Assembly (NCBI GenBank): GCA_963821525.1
Contig: CAWGED010000003.1
Coordinates: forward strand, 64,001 to 128,000
Source: an uncultured Gemmatimonadales bacterium
GTDB lineage: Bacteria > Gemmatimonadota > Gemmatimonadetes > Gemmatimonadales > GWC2-71-9
DNA length: 64,000 nucleotides
Direction: 5' to 3'
Below the pieces are notes generated by a model. That model did no database searches, was not told where the DNA came from, and worked only from the letters and a program-made list of their open reading frames with translations. Positions 10,940 to 23,241 of this stretch are shown here, piece by piece. The position numbers and the translations under genes were made by a program. The first letter of the stretch is position 1, and each line of letters starts with the position of its first letter.

Positions 10940-12122
10940 GTGGACATACACGAGTACCAAGCCAAAGAACTCCTCGCCAACTTCGGCGTCGCGATCCCGC
11001 CGGGCGGGGTGGCGTACAGCGCGGAGCAGGCGGTATATCGCGCGGCCGAGATTGGCGGCTCGCGGTGGGCGGTGAAGGCGCAGATCCATTCGGGCGCTCG
11101 GGGCAAGGCCGGTGGGATCAAGCTCTGCACCACCGAGGACGAGGTGCGAAAGGCGGCGACTGCCCTGCTTGGCAGCCGGCTGGTCACTCATCAGACGGGG
11201 CCCGAGGGTAAAGTCGTCCACCGGCTCTACGTCGAAGCGGCGGTGCCGATCGAGCGGGAGCTCTACATCGGCTTCGTGCTCGACCGGAAGACTGAACGGA
11301 TCATGCTGGTAGCCCACCCGCACGGCGGCATGGAGATCGAAGAGATCGCGAAGAGCGAGCCCGAGACGATCCTGCGCCAGACCATGGAGCCCGCGGTGGG
11401 CATGCAGGCGTTCCAGGCTCGAGAGATCGCCTTCGGACTGGGGCTGGATCCCGCCCAGGTGAATCGCATGGCCAACATACTGCTGGGTTGTCACCGGGCG
11501 TTCCGCGATCTCGACGCCACCATGGTGGAGATCAATCCGCTGGTATTGACCAAGGACGGCCGGCTCCTGGCACTCGATGCCAAAATGGGATTCGACGACA
11601 ACGCCCTTTTCCGCCGGCCCCAGGTGAGTGAGCTGCGGGACCACGCCGAGGAGGATCCGCGTGAGGCCCAGGCCGCGGAGTACGGGCTCAACTACGTGGC
11701 ACTCGACGGCGAAATCGGCTGCATCATCAACGGAGCCGGTCTCGCCATGGCGACGATGGACATGATCAAACACGCGGGAGGCCAGCCGGCCAACTTCCTC
11801 GACGTGGGCGGCGGCGCCTCGCCGGAGCGGGTCGCCATGGCCTTCAAGCTGGTGCTGCAGGACAAGAAGGTCGGGGCGATGCTGGTCAACATCTTCGCCG
11901 GCATCAACCGGTGTGATTGGGTGGCGAAGGGTGTGGTGCAGGCGGTGAAGGAAGTCGGGGTTGAGGTGCCTCTGGTCGTGCGGCTGGCGGGAACCAACGT
12001 CGAGGAAGGGTCGGCGCATCCTGGATGAGTCGAAGCTCCCGCTGATCCAGGCCGACAGTCTGGAGGACGCGGCGAACAAGGTGGTGGCCGCGTGGAAAGG
12101 CAAACAAAAACGTGAGAAGTGA
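10940..12122 (+). CDS. mtkA: Malate--CoA ligase (malate thiokinase) beta subunit (frameshift near 12010)
   Basis: [12 protein letters not shown]...[35 protein letters not shown] and [13 protein letters not shown] are MtkA-type; sits between mcl and ppc. Confidence 0.88.
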
Positions 12123-12195
12123 GAGGTGAGGGTGAGAGGGCGCAGCGATCAGCTTCTTGCCATCCCCTCTCACTTCTCACCTCTTACTTCTCACG
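12112..12195. repeat. Heptamer-arm inverted repeat (GTGAGAR / YTCTCAC)
   Basis: gtgagaagtgagaggtgagggtgaga ... cctctcacttctcacctcttacttctcac. Confidence 0.85.
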
Positions 12196-12215
12196 CTTTT
12201 CCAAAGGGGACGCGA

Positions 12216-13130
12216 ATGGCAATTCTGATCAACGAAATCACCCGCATCCTGGTCCAGGGCTTCACCGGGGACAAGGCCACCTTCCACGCCCAGAAGATGA
12301 TCGAGTATGGGACCAAGGTGGTCGGTGGGGTGACGCCGGGCAAAGGCGGGCAGACTCACATCGGCCTGCCGGTGTTCAACACCACGAAGGAAGCCGTGGA
12401 CGCGGTCTACCCCGATGCCAGCATCATCTTCGTCCCGGCCGCCTTCTGCGCCGATGCGATCATGGAAGCGGCGGATGCGGGCATCAGGCTGGTCTGCTGT
12501 ATCACCGACGGTATTCCCGCCCAGGACATGATGATGGTGAAGCGGTACCTGCGCAGGTATCCCAAGGAAAAGCGGACCATGCTGGTCGGTCCCAACTGCG
12601 CCGGGATCATCAGCCCCGGCAAGTCCATGCTCGGCATCATGCCGGGACACATCTACATGGCGGGGAAGGTCGGGCTGGTCACCCGATCGGGCACGCTGGG
12701 CTATGAGGCAGCTTCCCAGATGAAGGACCTCAACATCGGGGTCTCCACCAGTGTCGGCATCGGGGGTGACCCGGTGAACGGTTCTTCCTTCCTCGATATC
12801 CTCGCGCGTTTCGAGGAAGATCCCGAAACCGAAGCGGTGATGATGATCGGCGAGATCGGCGGTCCCCAGGAGGCGGAAGCCGCCCTCTGGGTCAAGGAAA
12901 ACATGTCCAAGCCGGTCATCGGATACGTTGCCGGTCTCACCGCGCCGAAGGGACGGCGCATGGGGCACGCCGGTGCGATCATCTCCGCCTTCGGCGACAC
13001 CGCCGCGGAGAAGGCCGAGATCATGCGGTCGCTCGGATTGTCCGTGGCGCCCAGTCCCGCCGATTTGGGGAAGGCCGTGGCCGAGGCCTTGGCGAAGCGT
13101 CCGTCTCGTCGCGCGGTCCTGACCCGATGA
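12216..13130 (+). CDS. mtkB: Malate--CoA ligase alpha subunit
   Basis: [44 protein letters not shown] (phospho-His); GGGGA SD upstream. Confidence 0.88.
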   Translation: MAILINEITRILVQGFTGDKATFHAQKMIEYGTKVVGGVTPGKGGQTHIGLPVFNTTKEAVDAVYPDASIIFVPAAFCADAIMEAADAGIRLVCCITDGIPAQDMMMVKRYLRRYPKEKRTMLVGPNCAGIISPGKSMLGIMPGHIYMAGKVGLVTRSGTLGYEAASQMKDLNIGVSTSVGIGGDPVNGSSFLDILARFEEDPETEAVMMIGEIGGPQEAEAALWVKENMSKPVIGYVAGLTAPKGRRMGHAGAIISAFGDTAAEKAEIMRSLGLSVAPSPADLGKAVAEALAKRPSRRAVLTR

Positions 13131-14102
13131 GCGGCAAGCCCCGCGTGGTCGTCACCCGGAAGATTCCGGCTCCGGTAGAGGAGGAGCTGACCCGGCTGTT
13201 CGACGTACAGCTCAATCGCGAAGATCGCCCGCTCGATGCCGCGGGACTTCAGGATGTCCTGCGGACTGCGGACGGCATCCTGCCTACCGTCACCGACAAG
13301 CTGACGGCCGAGGTCCTCGCGGCGGATCCGCTCAAGACCAGGATCATTGCGAACTTCGGGGTGGGCTTCAACAACATCGACATCGCCGCGGCAAAGACGC
13401 GGGGCCTGACCGTCACCAATACGCCCGACGTCCTCACCGACGACACCGCCGACATCGCGACCACGCTCTTGCTGATGATCGCCCGGAGAGCGGGAGAGGG
13501 CGAGCGTCACGTCCGCTCCAAATCCTGGACCGGGTGGCGCCCGACGCACATGCTGGGCACCAAGGTGAGCGGAAAGACCCTTGGTCTCGTGGGGATGGGC
13601 CGCATCGCAAAGGCGGTCGCGAAGCGTGCCCATCACGGATTCGGCATGCGGGTCATCTACCACGACCCGTATCCGCCGAAACCTGAAGAGGCGAAGGCAC
13701 TGGGCGCCGAGGGTCGGGACAGCATCGACGCGGTGTTGGGTGAGGCCGACTTCGTCTCGCTGCATTGCCCGGCGACGCCGGAGACCCGCCATCTCATCAA
13801 TGCCGACCGCCTCAAGCTGATGAAACCAGGGGCCTTCCTGATCAACACCGCTCGAGGTGACGTGGTGGACGAGGCTGCGCTCATCGCCGCACTCAAGTCG
13901 GGGACGATCGCCGGCGCCGGGCCTCGACGTGTATGAACGGGAGCCTGCCATGGCGGCCGAGCTGCTCTCGATGGAGAACGTGGCGTTGCTTCCCCATCTG
14001 GGCAGTGCCACGACCGAGACCCGCATCGCCATGGGCATGCGGGCGCTGGAAAACCTCAAACTGTTTTTCGCGGGCCAGCCCGTTCGTGATCGCGTCGTGT
14101 GA
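13127..14102 (+). CDS. hprA: Hydroxypyruvate/glyoxylate reductase (D-glycerate dehydrogenase; frameshift near 13920)
   Basis: [47 protein letters not shown]; function inferred from operon context. Confidence 0.8.
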
Positions 14103-16871
14103 CCCAGGAGCGCGTCGCCCCGTTTCCCGCCGAAGCCCTCCCCGCTTCAGCTGACCCACTCGCCGCCAGCGCCGCCGCCTATGCCACGGAGGTGGCGGAG
14201 CTTCTCTTCCGCCTGCTCCTCGACGTGGTGGGGGCCCGTCAGCCCGAGGTGGTTCCCATCCTTCGTAGGAGAGGCGCCGAGCCCCTCGGCTACGCCGGAG
14301 GAGATCGAGCGCGGCCTGCGAGCGCAGGGGATCTGGTTCCAGCTGCTCAGTGTCGCGGAGCAGAATGCGGGGATGCGACGCCGGCGGCAGACCGAAACCG
14401 AACGCGGCATGGACCAGGTCCGAGGAACCTTTGCCCAGGTGATGACCGACGGGGCGAAGGCCGGCGGCAACGCCGACCGGATCCGGAAACTGATCGCCGG
14501 CCTTCGAGTACGGCCGGTGATCACCGCTCACCCTACCGAGGCCAAGCGAGTCACCGTTCTGGAAAAGCATCGCCGGATCTATCGCCGGCTGGTGGATCTC
14601 GAGTCTCCCCGCTGGACCCCGCGGGAACGCACCGCGCTGATCGACCAGCTTCGCAACGACATCGAGCTGCTCTGGATGACGGGAGAACTCCGGCTGGAGA
14701 AGCCGACCGTTCCGCAGGAGGTCTACTGGGGACTCCACTTCTTCAACGAGACGCTGTTCGAAGCCACCGCTGAGGTGCACGAGAAGCTCGACCGCTCACT
14801 TCAGATGGTCTTTCCGGGCGAGCGCTTCGAGGTGCCGCCCTTCCTTCAGTTCGGTTCCTGGATCGGCGGCGACCGGGACGGGAATCCCTTCGTTACCAAC
14901 GATGTCACCCGCCGCACGCTGGCGGAGAACCGTCGCGCCAGCCTGCAGCGCTATCACGCCCGCCTGGCGGAGCTGGTGAAGGTGCTGAGCATCACCGAGC
15001 GCGCGGTGGAGGTGCCGGCCGCCTTCCGCACGGCGCTGGAGAAGGCACTGGGGACTGTTCCGCATGGCAAGGAGATCGTGGTCCGGAACCCGGGAGAAAT
15101 CTTCCGGCAGTACCTCGCGTGCATGATGGCTCGGCTCGAAGGCGCGATGCGTCACGCCGAATCGGGAGACATCTCCCGCTGCTCCGAGGGATACGCCACC
15201 GCCGACGAGCTGATCGCGGATCTGCGGGTCATGATGAGTGCGCTGAAGGACTCGCAGTCGTCGCACCTGGCAAATGCCTTCGTGCGGCCCGTGCTCCGCG
15301 AGGTAGAGGCGTTCCGGTTCAGTACCGTGCGGCTCGATCTCCGGGAGAATTCGGCTCGACTCCACGACACACTATCCGTCCTGTGGCGGGCCTCGACCGG
15401 AGAATCCGGAGAGCCGCCTCCTGTCGCATCGAAAGAATGGAAAGCGTGGCTCCTGGCAGAGCTGGGGAAGCCGCTGAGTTCCGACCACAAAGTTCCGGCA
15501 GAGGCCGGCGAGACGCTGGGCATGTTCCGGCTGGTGGGCGAGGTCCGCGACGGGCTCGACCGCGAGGCCTTCGGGAGCTTCGTGCTCAGCATGACTCGCG
15601 AGGTGTCGGACGTGCTGGGCGCCTATCTCCTCGCCAAGGAAGCCGGACTCTTTGCAGACCAGGCCGGGACGGAGAGCTGCACCCTTCCCATCGTGCCGCT
15701 GTTCGAAACGATTGATGACCTGCAGCGCGCGCCGGTCATCATGCGGGACCTGCTCGGTGTCCCGCTGGTGCGGCGCAGTGTTCGAGCCTCGGGCGGAGTG
15801 CAGGAGGTGATGATTGGATACTCCGATTCGAACAAGGACGGAGGATTCCTTTCCTCTAACTGGGAGCTCAGCAAGGTCCAGGCTCGGCTCACCCGGTTGA
15901 GCGACGAATTGGGAGTGCCGCTCGCCTTCTTCCACGGGCGTGGCGGATCGGTGAGCCGTGGCGGAGCCCCGCTGGGCCGGGCCATCGCGGCGCAACCCGC
16001 AGGCTCCATTCGCGGCCGCATGCGCCTCACCGAACAAGGCGAAGTGGTTTCCTTCAAGTATGCGAACCGGGGCACCGCGGCATACCAGCTCGAGCTTCTC
16101 GCGGCCAGCGTCATCGAGCACTCGATCAAATCGGAGACCGAAGCCGAGCTGGTGCCGACGGCCGAGTTCGACGAGGCGATGGAGGCGCTGTCGGGAGCGG
16201 CGCAGGCGGCCTATCGCCGGCTGGTGGACCAGCCGGGGCTACTGGCGTACTTCCAGGCCGCGAGTCCGCTCGAGGAGCTGGCGCTGCTCAACATCGGATC
16301 GAGACCGGCGCGCCGCTCCGGACTCCAGACTCTGGGCGATCTGCGGGCAATTCCGTGGGTGTTCGCCTGGTCCCAGAACCGCCACTTCATCACCGGTTGG
16401 TATGGCGTGGGAAGCGGACTGCTGACCTTCCTCCAGATCCGGGGAGAACGAGGTGAGAGTCTGCTGAAGCGGATGTACGAGCAGTCCAGACTGTTCCGCC
16501 TGGTGATCGACGAGGTTGAGAAGACTCTGGCATATGTGGATCTCGGGATCGCGAGACTGTATGCCGACCTGGTGCCGGACCGCGGGTCGCGAGACGAGAT
16601 CTTCGGGTTGATCGAGGCGGAGTATCGCCGAACGGTGGAGGCGGTGCTTCGGGTGAGCGGCGGCACCGAGCCCGCGGAGAGATTCCCCCGGTTCCGCCGC
16701 CGGCTGGCCCGCCGTCTTCCGACGATCAATCAGGTGAGCCGCCAGCAGGTGGACCTGCTGCGCCGCTTCCGGGCTGCCTCGACCGATCAGCAGCGGCAGC
16801 AGTATCTCTCGGCGCTGTTGCTGTCGATCAACTGTATCTCGAGCGGGTTTGGGGCGACGGGTGTAGAGTAA
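14099..16871 (+). CDS. ppc: Phosphoenolpyruvate carboxylase (frameshift near 14270)
   Basis: VITAHPTE, SWIGGDRDGNP, VPLFET, VMIGYSDSNKDGG, FHGRGGSVSRGG, LRAIPWVFAW. Confidence 0.95.
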
Positions 16872-17056
16872 CCTCTTCCGCCCACCTCTGTAGTCTCCCG
16901 TCCCACAGAGCATTCATCCGAGAACCTGACGCCATGGTTTGGCGAGTGACCGATCCAAGCGATCGGGCACAGCTCCTAGCTTCAAGTCCCGTTCGGCCGA
17001 GCTCGCATTGATGCGGGACGGCGAGTTCGTGACCCTGCAGCGAATGGAGCAGCCCA

Positions 17057-18538
17057 ATGAGCCGTCGCAATACTGGAAGTCGCAGTCCCTGGAAGCTCGT
17101 ATTCCTTGCCTTATCCGCTGTCACGCTTGCCTGTGGTGACAATCCCCTGCCGACCGGTTCGTCCCAGGCACCCGACGCGTTGCCTGACGTCGTTGCAGCA
17201 CCCGCCGGCCAGGCTGTCCCCGATGAATACATCGTGGTCTTCAATAACAACGTCAGCTCACCTGCCGCAGAAGCCACCGGCATAGTGAACGCTCAGCACG
17301 GGAAACTGAAATACACCTACAGCAGCGCGCTGAAGGGTTTCGCCGCCGAGCTACCGCCTGCGGCCATTCAGGCATTGCGCTCCAACCCCAAGATCGCGTC
17401 GATCGAGCAGGACCAGCGGGTGCACCTGGAAACTACCCAGCTCAATCCTGCCAACTTTGGCCTAGACCGGATTGACCAGCGCAACCTGCCGCTCAGTAAT
17501 TCCTACACCTTCAATCGCACCGGTGCCGGGGTGCACTTCTATGGCATCGACACCGGGATAAACCTTACCCACGTCGACCTGAGCGGGCGAGTGGGTGTTG
17601 GCTTCGATGCGGTGACTCCCGGGGGCAACGCGAACGACTGCAACGGCCATGGGACCCACACGGCAACCACGGCCGCCGGCACCACCTTCGGTGTCGCGAA
17701 GGGTGCCATCGTGCACCCCGTGCGGGTGCTCGACTGCAGCGGATCCGGCTTCATTTCCACCGTCATCGCCGGAGTAGACTTCGTCACCCAGAACGGACTG
17801 CGCCCCGCCGTGGCCAACATGAGTCTGGGGGGCGGCATTTCTTCGGCGCTGGATCAGGCGGTCGCTGCCTCCGTCGCTTCGGGAGTGGTATACGCCATCG
17901 CTGCGGGCAACAACGCCGGCAACGCGTGCAACACGTCGCCTGCGCGGGTAACGTCGGCTCTCACGGTCGCGGCCAGCACCAGGACCGACGCGCGGGCCAG
18001 TTTCTCGAACTTCGGGACTTGCGTGGACCTCTTCGCGCCTGGCGTTGGCATTACCGCCGGCTGGATCGGATCCAACACTGCCACGATGACCATCAGTGGC
18101 ACCTCGATGGCTACTCCCCACGTGGCCGGCGTCGCGATGCTTTTCCTCGAGGCCAATCCCACTGCTACACCCACTCAGGTGGCCAACGCCATCAACACCA
18201 ACGCCACCACCGGCCTGATTACGTCCGCGGGCACGGGCACGCCGAACCGACTGCTCTTCATGGGCTTCATCGGTGGTGGCGTTGCTAACCAGGCTCCGGT
18301 GGCGAGGTTCACTGCGGCCTGCAATACCAGCCACACTTGTACGTTCGACGCCAGCAACTCGACGGATGATGTGGGGGTCGTGGCCTTCGAGTGGAAGCGG
18401 GCGAGCGGGGTCATCATTGGTAACACGAAGGTGATCACCTTCACGTTCTCCACCGGGGGTTCCAAGACCATCACCCTTAAGGTGACCGACGGTGGTGGCC
18501 TGACGGGCACGATCACCAAGACGATCAACGTGCCCTGA
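17057..18538 (+). CDS. S8A subtilase (proteinase K/aqualysin-like), lipoprotein, I9 propeptide and PKD domain; paralog 1
   Basis: Lipobox [27 protein letters not shown] end LKVTDGGG. Confidence 0.92.
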   Translation: MSRRNTGSRSPWKLVFLALSAVTLACGDNPLPTGSSQAPDALPDVVAAPAGQAVPDEYIVVFNNNVSSPAAEATGIVNAQHGKLKYTYSSALKGFAAELPPAAIQALRSNPKIASIEQDQRVHLETTQLNPANFGLDRIDQRNLPLSNSYTFNRTGAGVHFYGIDTGINLTHVDLSGRVGVGFDAVTPGGNANDCNGHGTHTATTAAGTTFGVAKGAIVHPVRVLDCSGSGFISTVIAGVDFVTQNGLRPAVANMSLGGGISSALDQAVAASVASGVVYAIAAGNNAGNACNTSPARVTSALTVAASTRTDARASFSNFGTCVDLFAPGVGITAGWIGSNTATMTISGTSMATPHVAGVAMLFLEANPTATPTQVANAINTNATTGLITSAGTGTPNRLLFMGFIGGGVANQAPVARFTAACNTSHTCTFDASNSTDDVGVVAFEWKRASGVIIGNTKVITFTFSTGGSKTITLKVTDGGGLTGTITKTINVP

Positions 18539-18547
18539 GCCGAGCCG

Positions 18548-18606
18548 TGGAAGTGAGAAGTGAGAAGGACTGAGGAGTGCGTTAGCAAGCATTCCTCAGT
18601 CCTTTG
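18548..18606. terminator. Bidirectional terminator-like hairpin preceded by GTGAGAA units
   Basis: aaggactgagga ... tcctcagtcctt between convergent subtilase 1 and rlmN. Confidence 0.65.
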
Positions 18607-18711
18607 ATTTCAGCCCCGCCTTGCCGCTCTGCTCCACTTCGCGACGGCGTGGGCCTTACGCATTCGGCATTAGCTCTCAGCCTTTAGCTGTAGCTCTGCC
18701 TCCCTCCCGTC

Positions 18712-19776
18712 CTACGGCGCTCCTCCGCGCTCCACCTCCACCTTGAACTGCCCACACGCCGCACTGATATCCAAGCCGCGGCTGCGGCGGACCACCGCTT
18801 CAACTCCCTGGTTTTTCAGTCGCGCCGCGAAGGCGCGGATCCTGTCGGGTGGAGTAGGGATGAGACCCGGAGCACCACCGGGATGTAGCGGGAGCAGGTT
18901 GACCAGCGCGCCCATCTGCCGGGCGAGACGAACCAGCTGGTCGGCATCGCGGTCGCTGTCGTTTTTCTCCGAGATCAGAACGTATTCGAAGGTGATCCGC
19001 TTCCGGAATACCTTTGCGGCCTTGAGCACCTGGGCCAGGTCGTACTTTTTCTCGACCGGCATCAGGGCCAGGCGGCGCTCAGGGGTGGCCGCGTGGAGGG
19101 AAATGGCCAGCCGGAATTGCTCGGTCCGCTTGGCCAGCTCCTCCATGCCCGGAATAATCCCCACGGTGGAGACCGTGATGTGGCGGGCGCCGATGCCCAG
19201 ACCCTCCGGGTGGTTGAGGATGGTGAGGCTCGGGTCCACGCCCTTCCAGTTGAGCAGCGGCTCTCCCATTCCCATGTACACCACGTTGGTGGGTGCGAGG
19301 TCGGGATGACGCAGGATGATCTCTCGCGCCTGACCGGCGATCTCGAAGGGAGAGAGGTTGCGGCCGAAGCCCATGCGGCCGGTCGCGCAGAAGACACAAC
19401 CCAGCGCGCATCCCGCCTGAGAGGAGATGCACAGGGTGCGGCGACTCTGCGACGGAATCAGCACCGATTCGACCGCGGCGCCGTCGCTCAAGCGCCACAG
19501 AAATTTCCGGGTCCCGTCGGCCGACTGTTGCTCCGTTACCAGGTCGAGTCGGGGGAGGGGGAGAGTTTCCTGCAGCGCTTGCCGGAGGGTGAGAGGAAGC
19601 TCGGTCGCGTCGGTCCAGGCCGCGATCGGTCGCTGCCAGAGACGGGGGAGGAGCTGCCGCGCACGATAAGGAGGGAGATCCTGCGCCGTCACCCAGTCCG
19701 CGAGCCTCTGCGCCGCGTCCGGCGGCGTCAAGTCCAGCAACGAACTAGATCCAACGGTCCGAGATTGTATCACCAT
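18712..19776 (-). CDS. rlmN: Dual-specificity RNA methyltransferase RlmN
   Basis: CALGCVFC radical SAM motif, MGMGEP, ISLHA, DISAACGQ. Confidence 0.95.
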   Translation of the reverse strand: MVIQSRTVGSSSLLDLTPPDAAQRLADWVTAQDLPPYRARQLLPRLWQRPIAAWTDATELPLTLRQALQETLPLPRLDLVTEQQSADGTRKFLWRLSDGAAVESVLIPSQSRRTLCISSQAGCALGCVFCATGRMGFGRNLSPFEIAGQAREIILRHPDLAPTNVVYMGMGEPLLNWKGVDPSLTILNHPEGLGIGARHITVSTVGIIPGMEELAKRTEQFRLAISLHAATPERRLALMPVEKKYDLAQVLKAAKVFRKRITFEYVLISEKNDSDRDADQLVRLARQMGALVNLLPLHPGGAPGLIPTPPDRIRAFAARLKNQGVEAVVRRSRGLDISAACGQFKVEVERGGAP

Positions 19777-20003
19777 GTCACAAAATAACCGAAAAGCTGA
19801 GGACATGATCCTCAGTTTCGTGGCGCGAGGGCCACGGTGTGTCGTCGATGCCATGTTGACGGTCCACCATGTGGTGCATAGTTTGCTCGGGCCTGCCTCG
19901 GGGGTGTGTTCGCCTCCAAGACCACGCCATAGAATTGCCCACATATGCTGATGGGAGACCTCCGTCAGAGTCCGTGCCGTTCCAGTCCCGCAAGGAGGGG
20001 TGC

Positions 20004-21461
20004 ATGCGCTGGTCGCTTGCCGCCATTTCGTGTAGTGCAGTAGTTCTGTTTGCCTGCAGTGAGAGCCAAACCCCCACCGAAATGGTTCCTGCCTCGGGAC
20101 TGGCAGACGTGATCGCCGCACCAAGCGGGCAGGGAATACCCAATCGGTACATTGTCGTCTTCAAGCAGAATGTCGCCGGGCCGGCTGGCGAGGCCCAGCG
20201 GATGGTGGGTCAGGCGCAGGGCAAGCTTCACTTCATCTATACCAAGGCCATCAAGGGCTTCGCCGCCGAGTTGTCGCCCCGCGCCGTGCAGTTGCTCCGG
20301 GCCGACCCCAGTGTCGCCCTGATCGAGCAGGATCAGGTGATCAAACTCGAAACCACGCAGAACAATCCGGTCAACTGGGGTCTCGACCGCATTGATCAGC
20401 GTAACCTGCCGCTCAGCCTCTCCTACACCTACAACCGCACCGGCGCCGGAGTGCACTTCTACGGGATCGATACCGGCATCAACCTGACCCACAACGATCT
20501 GTGCCGGTCGCGTGGGCAACGGGTTCGATGCGGTCACCGCCGGTGGCAATGCGGCCGACTGCAATGGACATGGCACTCACACAGCGACGACTGCGGCGGG
20601 AACCACCTACGGTGTGGCCAAGGGCGCGACGGTCCACCCGGTCCGCGTGCTCGACTGCGGCGGCTCCGGCACGACGGCTGGTGTTATCGCCGGCATCGAC
20701 TGGGTTACCAACAATCACCAGACCCCGGCCGTGGCGAACATGAGCCTGGGCGGTGGCGCTTCCGCCACGCTCGATCAGGCGGTTGCCAACTCGGTTGCGT
20801 CCGGCGTCGTCTACGCGGTCTCCGCCGGCAACAACAACGTGAGCGCCTGCACCCAGTCTCCCGCGCGCGAGCCGAGTGCCATCACGGTCGCTGCGAGCAA
20901 CAAGACCGACACTCGGGCCAGCTTCTCGAACTTCGGCACCTGTGTCGACATCTTCGCGCCGGGTGTCGAACATCACCGCGGGCTGGATCGGCAGCAACAC
21001 GGCGACCGCGCGCGCCAGCGGCACCTCGATGTCATCGCCCCATGTGGCCGGCGTCGCTTTGCAGTATCTCGAGGCCAATCCGTCAGCGACTCCGGGCCAG
21101 GTGGCCAACGCCATCACGAGCAACGCCACCCTGGGCAAGATCAAGAGCCCGGGCAGCGGCAGCCCGAACCGGCTGCTCTACATGGGCTTCATCACCGGTG
21201 GCGGTGGCGGCGGAACCAGCCCCGGTCGCGAACTTCACGGCGACCTGCAATGCCAGCCACAGCTGTACCTTCACCAGCACCTCGACCGATGACGTCGGGA
21301 TCGTGGCCTATGAATGGAAGCGGCCGAGCGGCGTGATCATCGGGAGCACCCAGGTGATCACCTTCACCTTCGCCACCGCAGGATCCAAGGACATCATCCT
21401 GACCGTCACTGATGGTGGTGGCCTGACCGGCACGATCACCAAGACGATCAACGTACCCTGA
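20004..21461 (+). CDS. S8A subtilase lipoprotein with PKD domain; paralog 2 (several frameshifts)
   Basis: AGGAGG SD, lipobox [20 protein letters not shown], same C-terminus TITKTINVP as paralog 1. Confidence 0.9.
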   Translation: MRWSLAAISCSAVVLFACSESQTPTEMVPASGLADVIAAPSGQGIPNRYIVVFKQNVAGPAGEAQRMVGQAQGKLHFIYTKAIKGFAAELSPRAVQLLRADPSVALIEQDQVIKLETTQNNPVNWGLDRIDQRNLPLSLSYTYNRTGAGVHFYGIDTGINLTHNDLCRSRGQRVRCGHRRWQCGRLQWTWHSHSDDCGGNHLRCGQGRDGPPGPRARLRRLRHDGWCYRRHRLGYQQSPDPGRGEHEPGRWRFRHARSGGCQLGCVRRRLRGLRRQQQRERLHPVSRARAECHHGRCEQQDRHSGQLLELRHLCRHLRAGCRTSPRAGSAATRRPRAPAAPRCHRPMWPASLCSISRPIRQRLRARWPTPSRATPPWARSRARAAAARTGCSTWASSPVAVAAEPAPVANFTATCNASHSCTFTSTSTDDVGIVAYEWKRPSGVIIGSTQVITFTFATAGSKDIILTVTDGGGLTGTITKTINVP

Positions 21462-21483
21462 GGTAAAGAGGTAATGTACGACC

Positions 21484-21531
21484 AGCCCCGCCGAGGTCTC
21501 CCGGAGAATCTCGGCGGGGTTGTTGTTTTTT
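21484..21531 (+). terminator. Rho-independent terminator
   Basis: ccccgccgag ... ctcggcgggg followed by ttgttgtttttt. Confidence 0.8.
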
Positions 21532-21588
21532 AACGGGATGGTGACGTGGCTCACTTTCCCTGCACCCTTCGCCCTGCAGGAGGTAGCA

Positions 21589-23040
21589 ATGCTGAAGAAG
21601 TTGGCTGTCCTTCCCCTGGTTCTCGCTATCGCTGCCTGCAGCGATTCACAGGCGCCCACCGACACGATGCCGGTGAACGCGCCAGCCGCGGTCGCCGGCC
21701 AGGCGATCCCCAACCGGTACGTAGTGGTTTTCAAGAACACGGTAGCAGCAACCTCGGTATCCGCCGAAGCGCAGAGCATCGTGAACGCCGACAAGGGCAA
21801 GCTTCACTTCACCTACGAACACTCGATCCACGGCTTCGCCGCGGATCTGTCACCCTCCGCCGTCGCCGCGCTGCGCCTGAACCGGAACGTGGCTTACGTA
21901 GAGCAGGATCGGGTGGTCACCGTCCAGGCGACCCAGTCTCCGACGCCCTCGTGGGGACTCGATCGCATTGATCAGAAGGCGCTCCCGCTCAACAACTCCT
22001 ACACCTATCCCAATACCGGCGCCGGCGTGCATGTCTACGGCATCGACACCGGGATCCTTTACAGTCACACCGATTTTGGCGGCCGGGCCTCCAAGGGCTT
22101 CGATGCCATCACGACCGGGTGGCAATGCGGTTGACTGCAACGGACATGGCACCCACACGGCTACCACGATCGCCGGCACCAAGTTCGGCGTCGCGAAGGC
22201 CGCGACGGTGGTCGGCGTCCGGGTGCTGGATTGCGGCGGCTCCGGTTCCTTCTCTCAGGTCATCGCGGGAGTGGACTGGGTCACCAACAACGGCATCAAG
22301 CCCGCCGTGGCGAACATGAGTCTGGGTGGCGGCACCTTCCAGGCGCTGGATGACGCCGTGACCGCGTCGATCGCGAAGGGGATCGTCTACGCCATCGCCG
22401 CAGGTAACAACTTCGGATCGAACGCCTGCAACAACTCGCCGGCCCGCACTCCCAACGCCCTCACCGTTGCCGCGAGCGACATCAACGACAACCGGGCCAG
22501 TTTCTCCGACATCGGGACCTGCGTTGATATCTATCGGGCCTGGGGTGAACATCACCGCGGGCTGGATCGGCAGTAACACCGCCACCAACACCATCAGCGG
22601 CACCTCGATGGCGACTCCGCACGTGGCGGGTGTCGTGGCGCTCTATCTCGCCGCCAATCCGACCGCGACTCCGGCCCAGGTCCGGAGTGCCCTGATCACC
22701 AACGCCTCCGCCGTGGTGAAGAACCCCGGCGCCAACACCACGAACCTGCTGGTCTTCATGGGCTTCATCGGCGGTGGTGGTCGGCGGCAACCAGCCGCCG
22801 GTGGCTCGCTTCACCGTGAGTTGCACTGCCAGCATCGCTGCACGCTTAACGGCAGCAGCTCCACGGACGACCACGGCGTCGTGAGCTATCCGCTGGAACT
22901 GGCCCGGTGGCCGGTTGCTGGGCACTGCCGTCCAGATCACCGTCCAGTATGAAAGGGCGAGCAACCGTACCGCCGTCCTGACCGTGACCGACGCGGGCGG
23001 CCTGACCGGAACGCTCTCCAAGACCTTCGCCGTGCCATGA
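21589..23040 (+). CDS. S8A subtilase lipoprotein with PKD domain; paralog 3 (several frameshifts)
   Basis: AGGAGG SD, lipobox [28 protein letters not shown]. Confidence 0.9.
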
Positions 23041-23061
23041 TCTGAGCCGGCATGACGATCT

Positions 23062-23100
23062 ATGCCGCCGGAGGCCACCCCCTCCGGCGGCATTCGTTTG
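23062..23100 (+). terminator. Rho-independent terminator
   Basis: atgccgccggagg-ccacc-cctccggcggcat then tcgtttg. Confidence 0.75.
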
Positions 23101-23183
23101 GGCACCCGACCATCGACCATTCCGCCATCGACCGTCGCCTTAACGACGATGCGGAAGCCCCTAACCCCTAGTCCCTGAATCGC

Positions 23184-23212
23184 TTGCAGGGTTTGCCCGG
23201 GCTGGTTAGGTT
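23184..23212 (+). promoter_or_regulatory. Putative sigma70 promoter for the ptsN-aspS operon
   Basis: TTGCAG-17 bp-TAGGTT upstream of the TTG start at 23242. Confidence 0.5.
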
Positions 23213-23241
23213 TGCTCGGGTCCCCTACTCCCGACCGCCGA

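Noticed and set aside
10940..13130. Calling the ligase pair sucCD
   Set aside because: Sequence features and position between mcl and ppc fit malate thiokinase better
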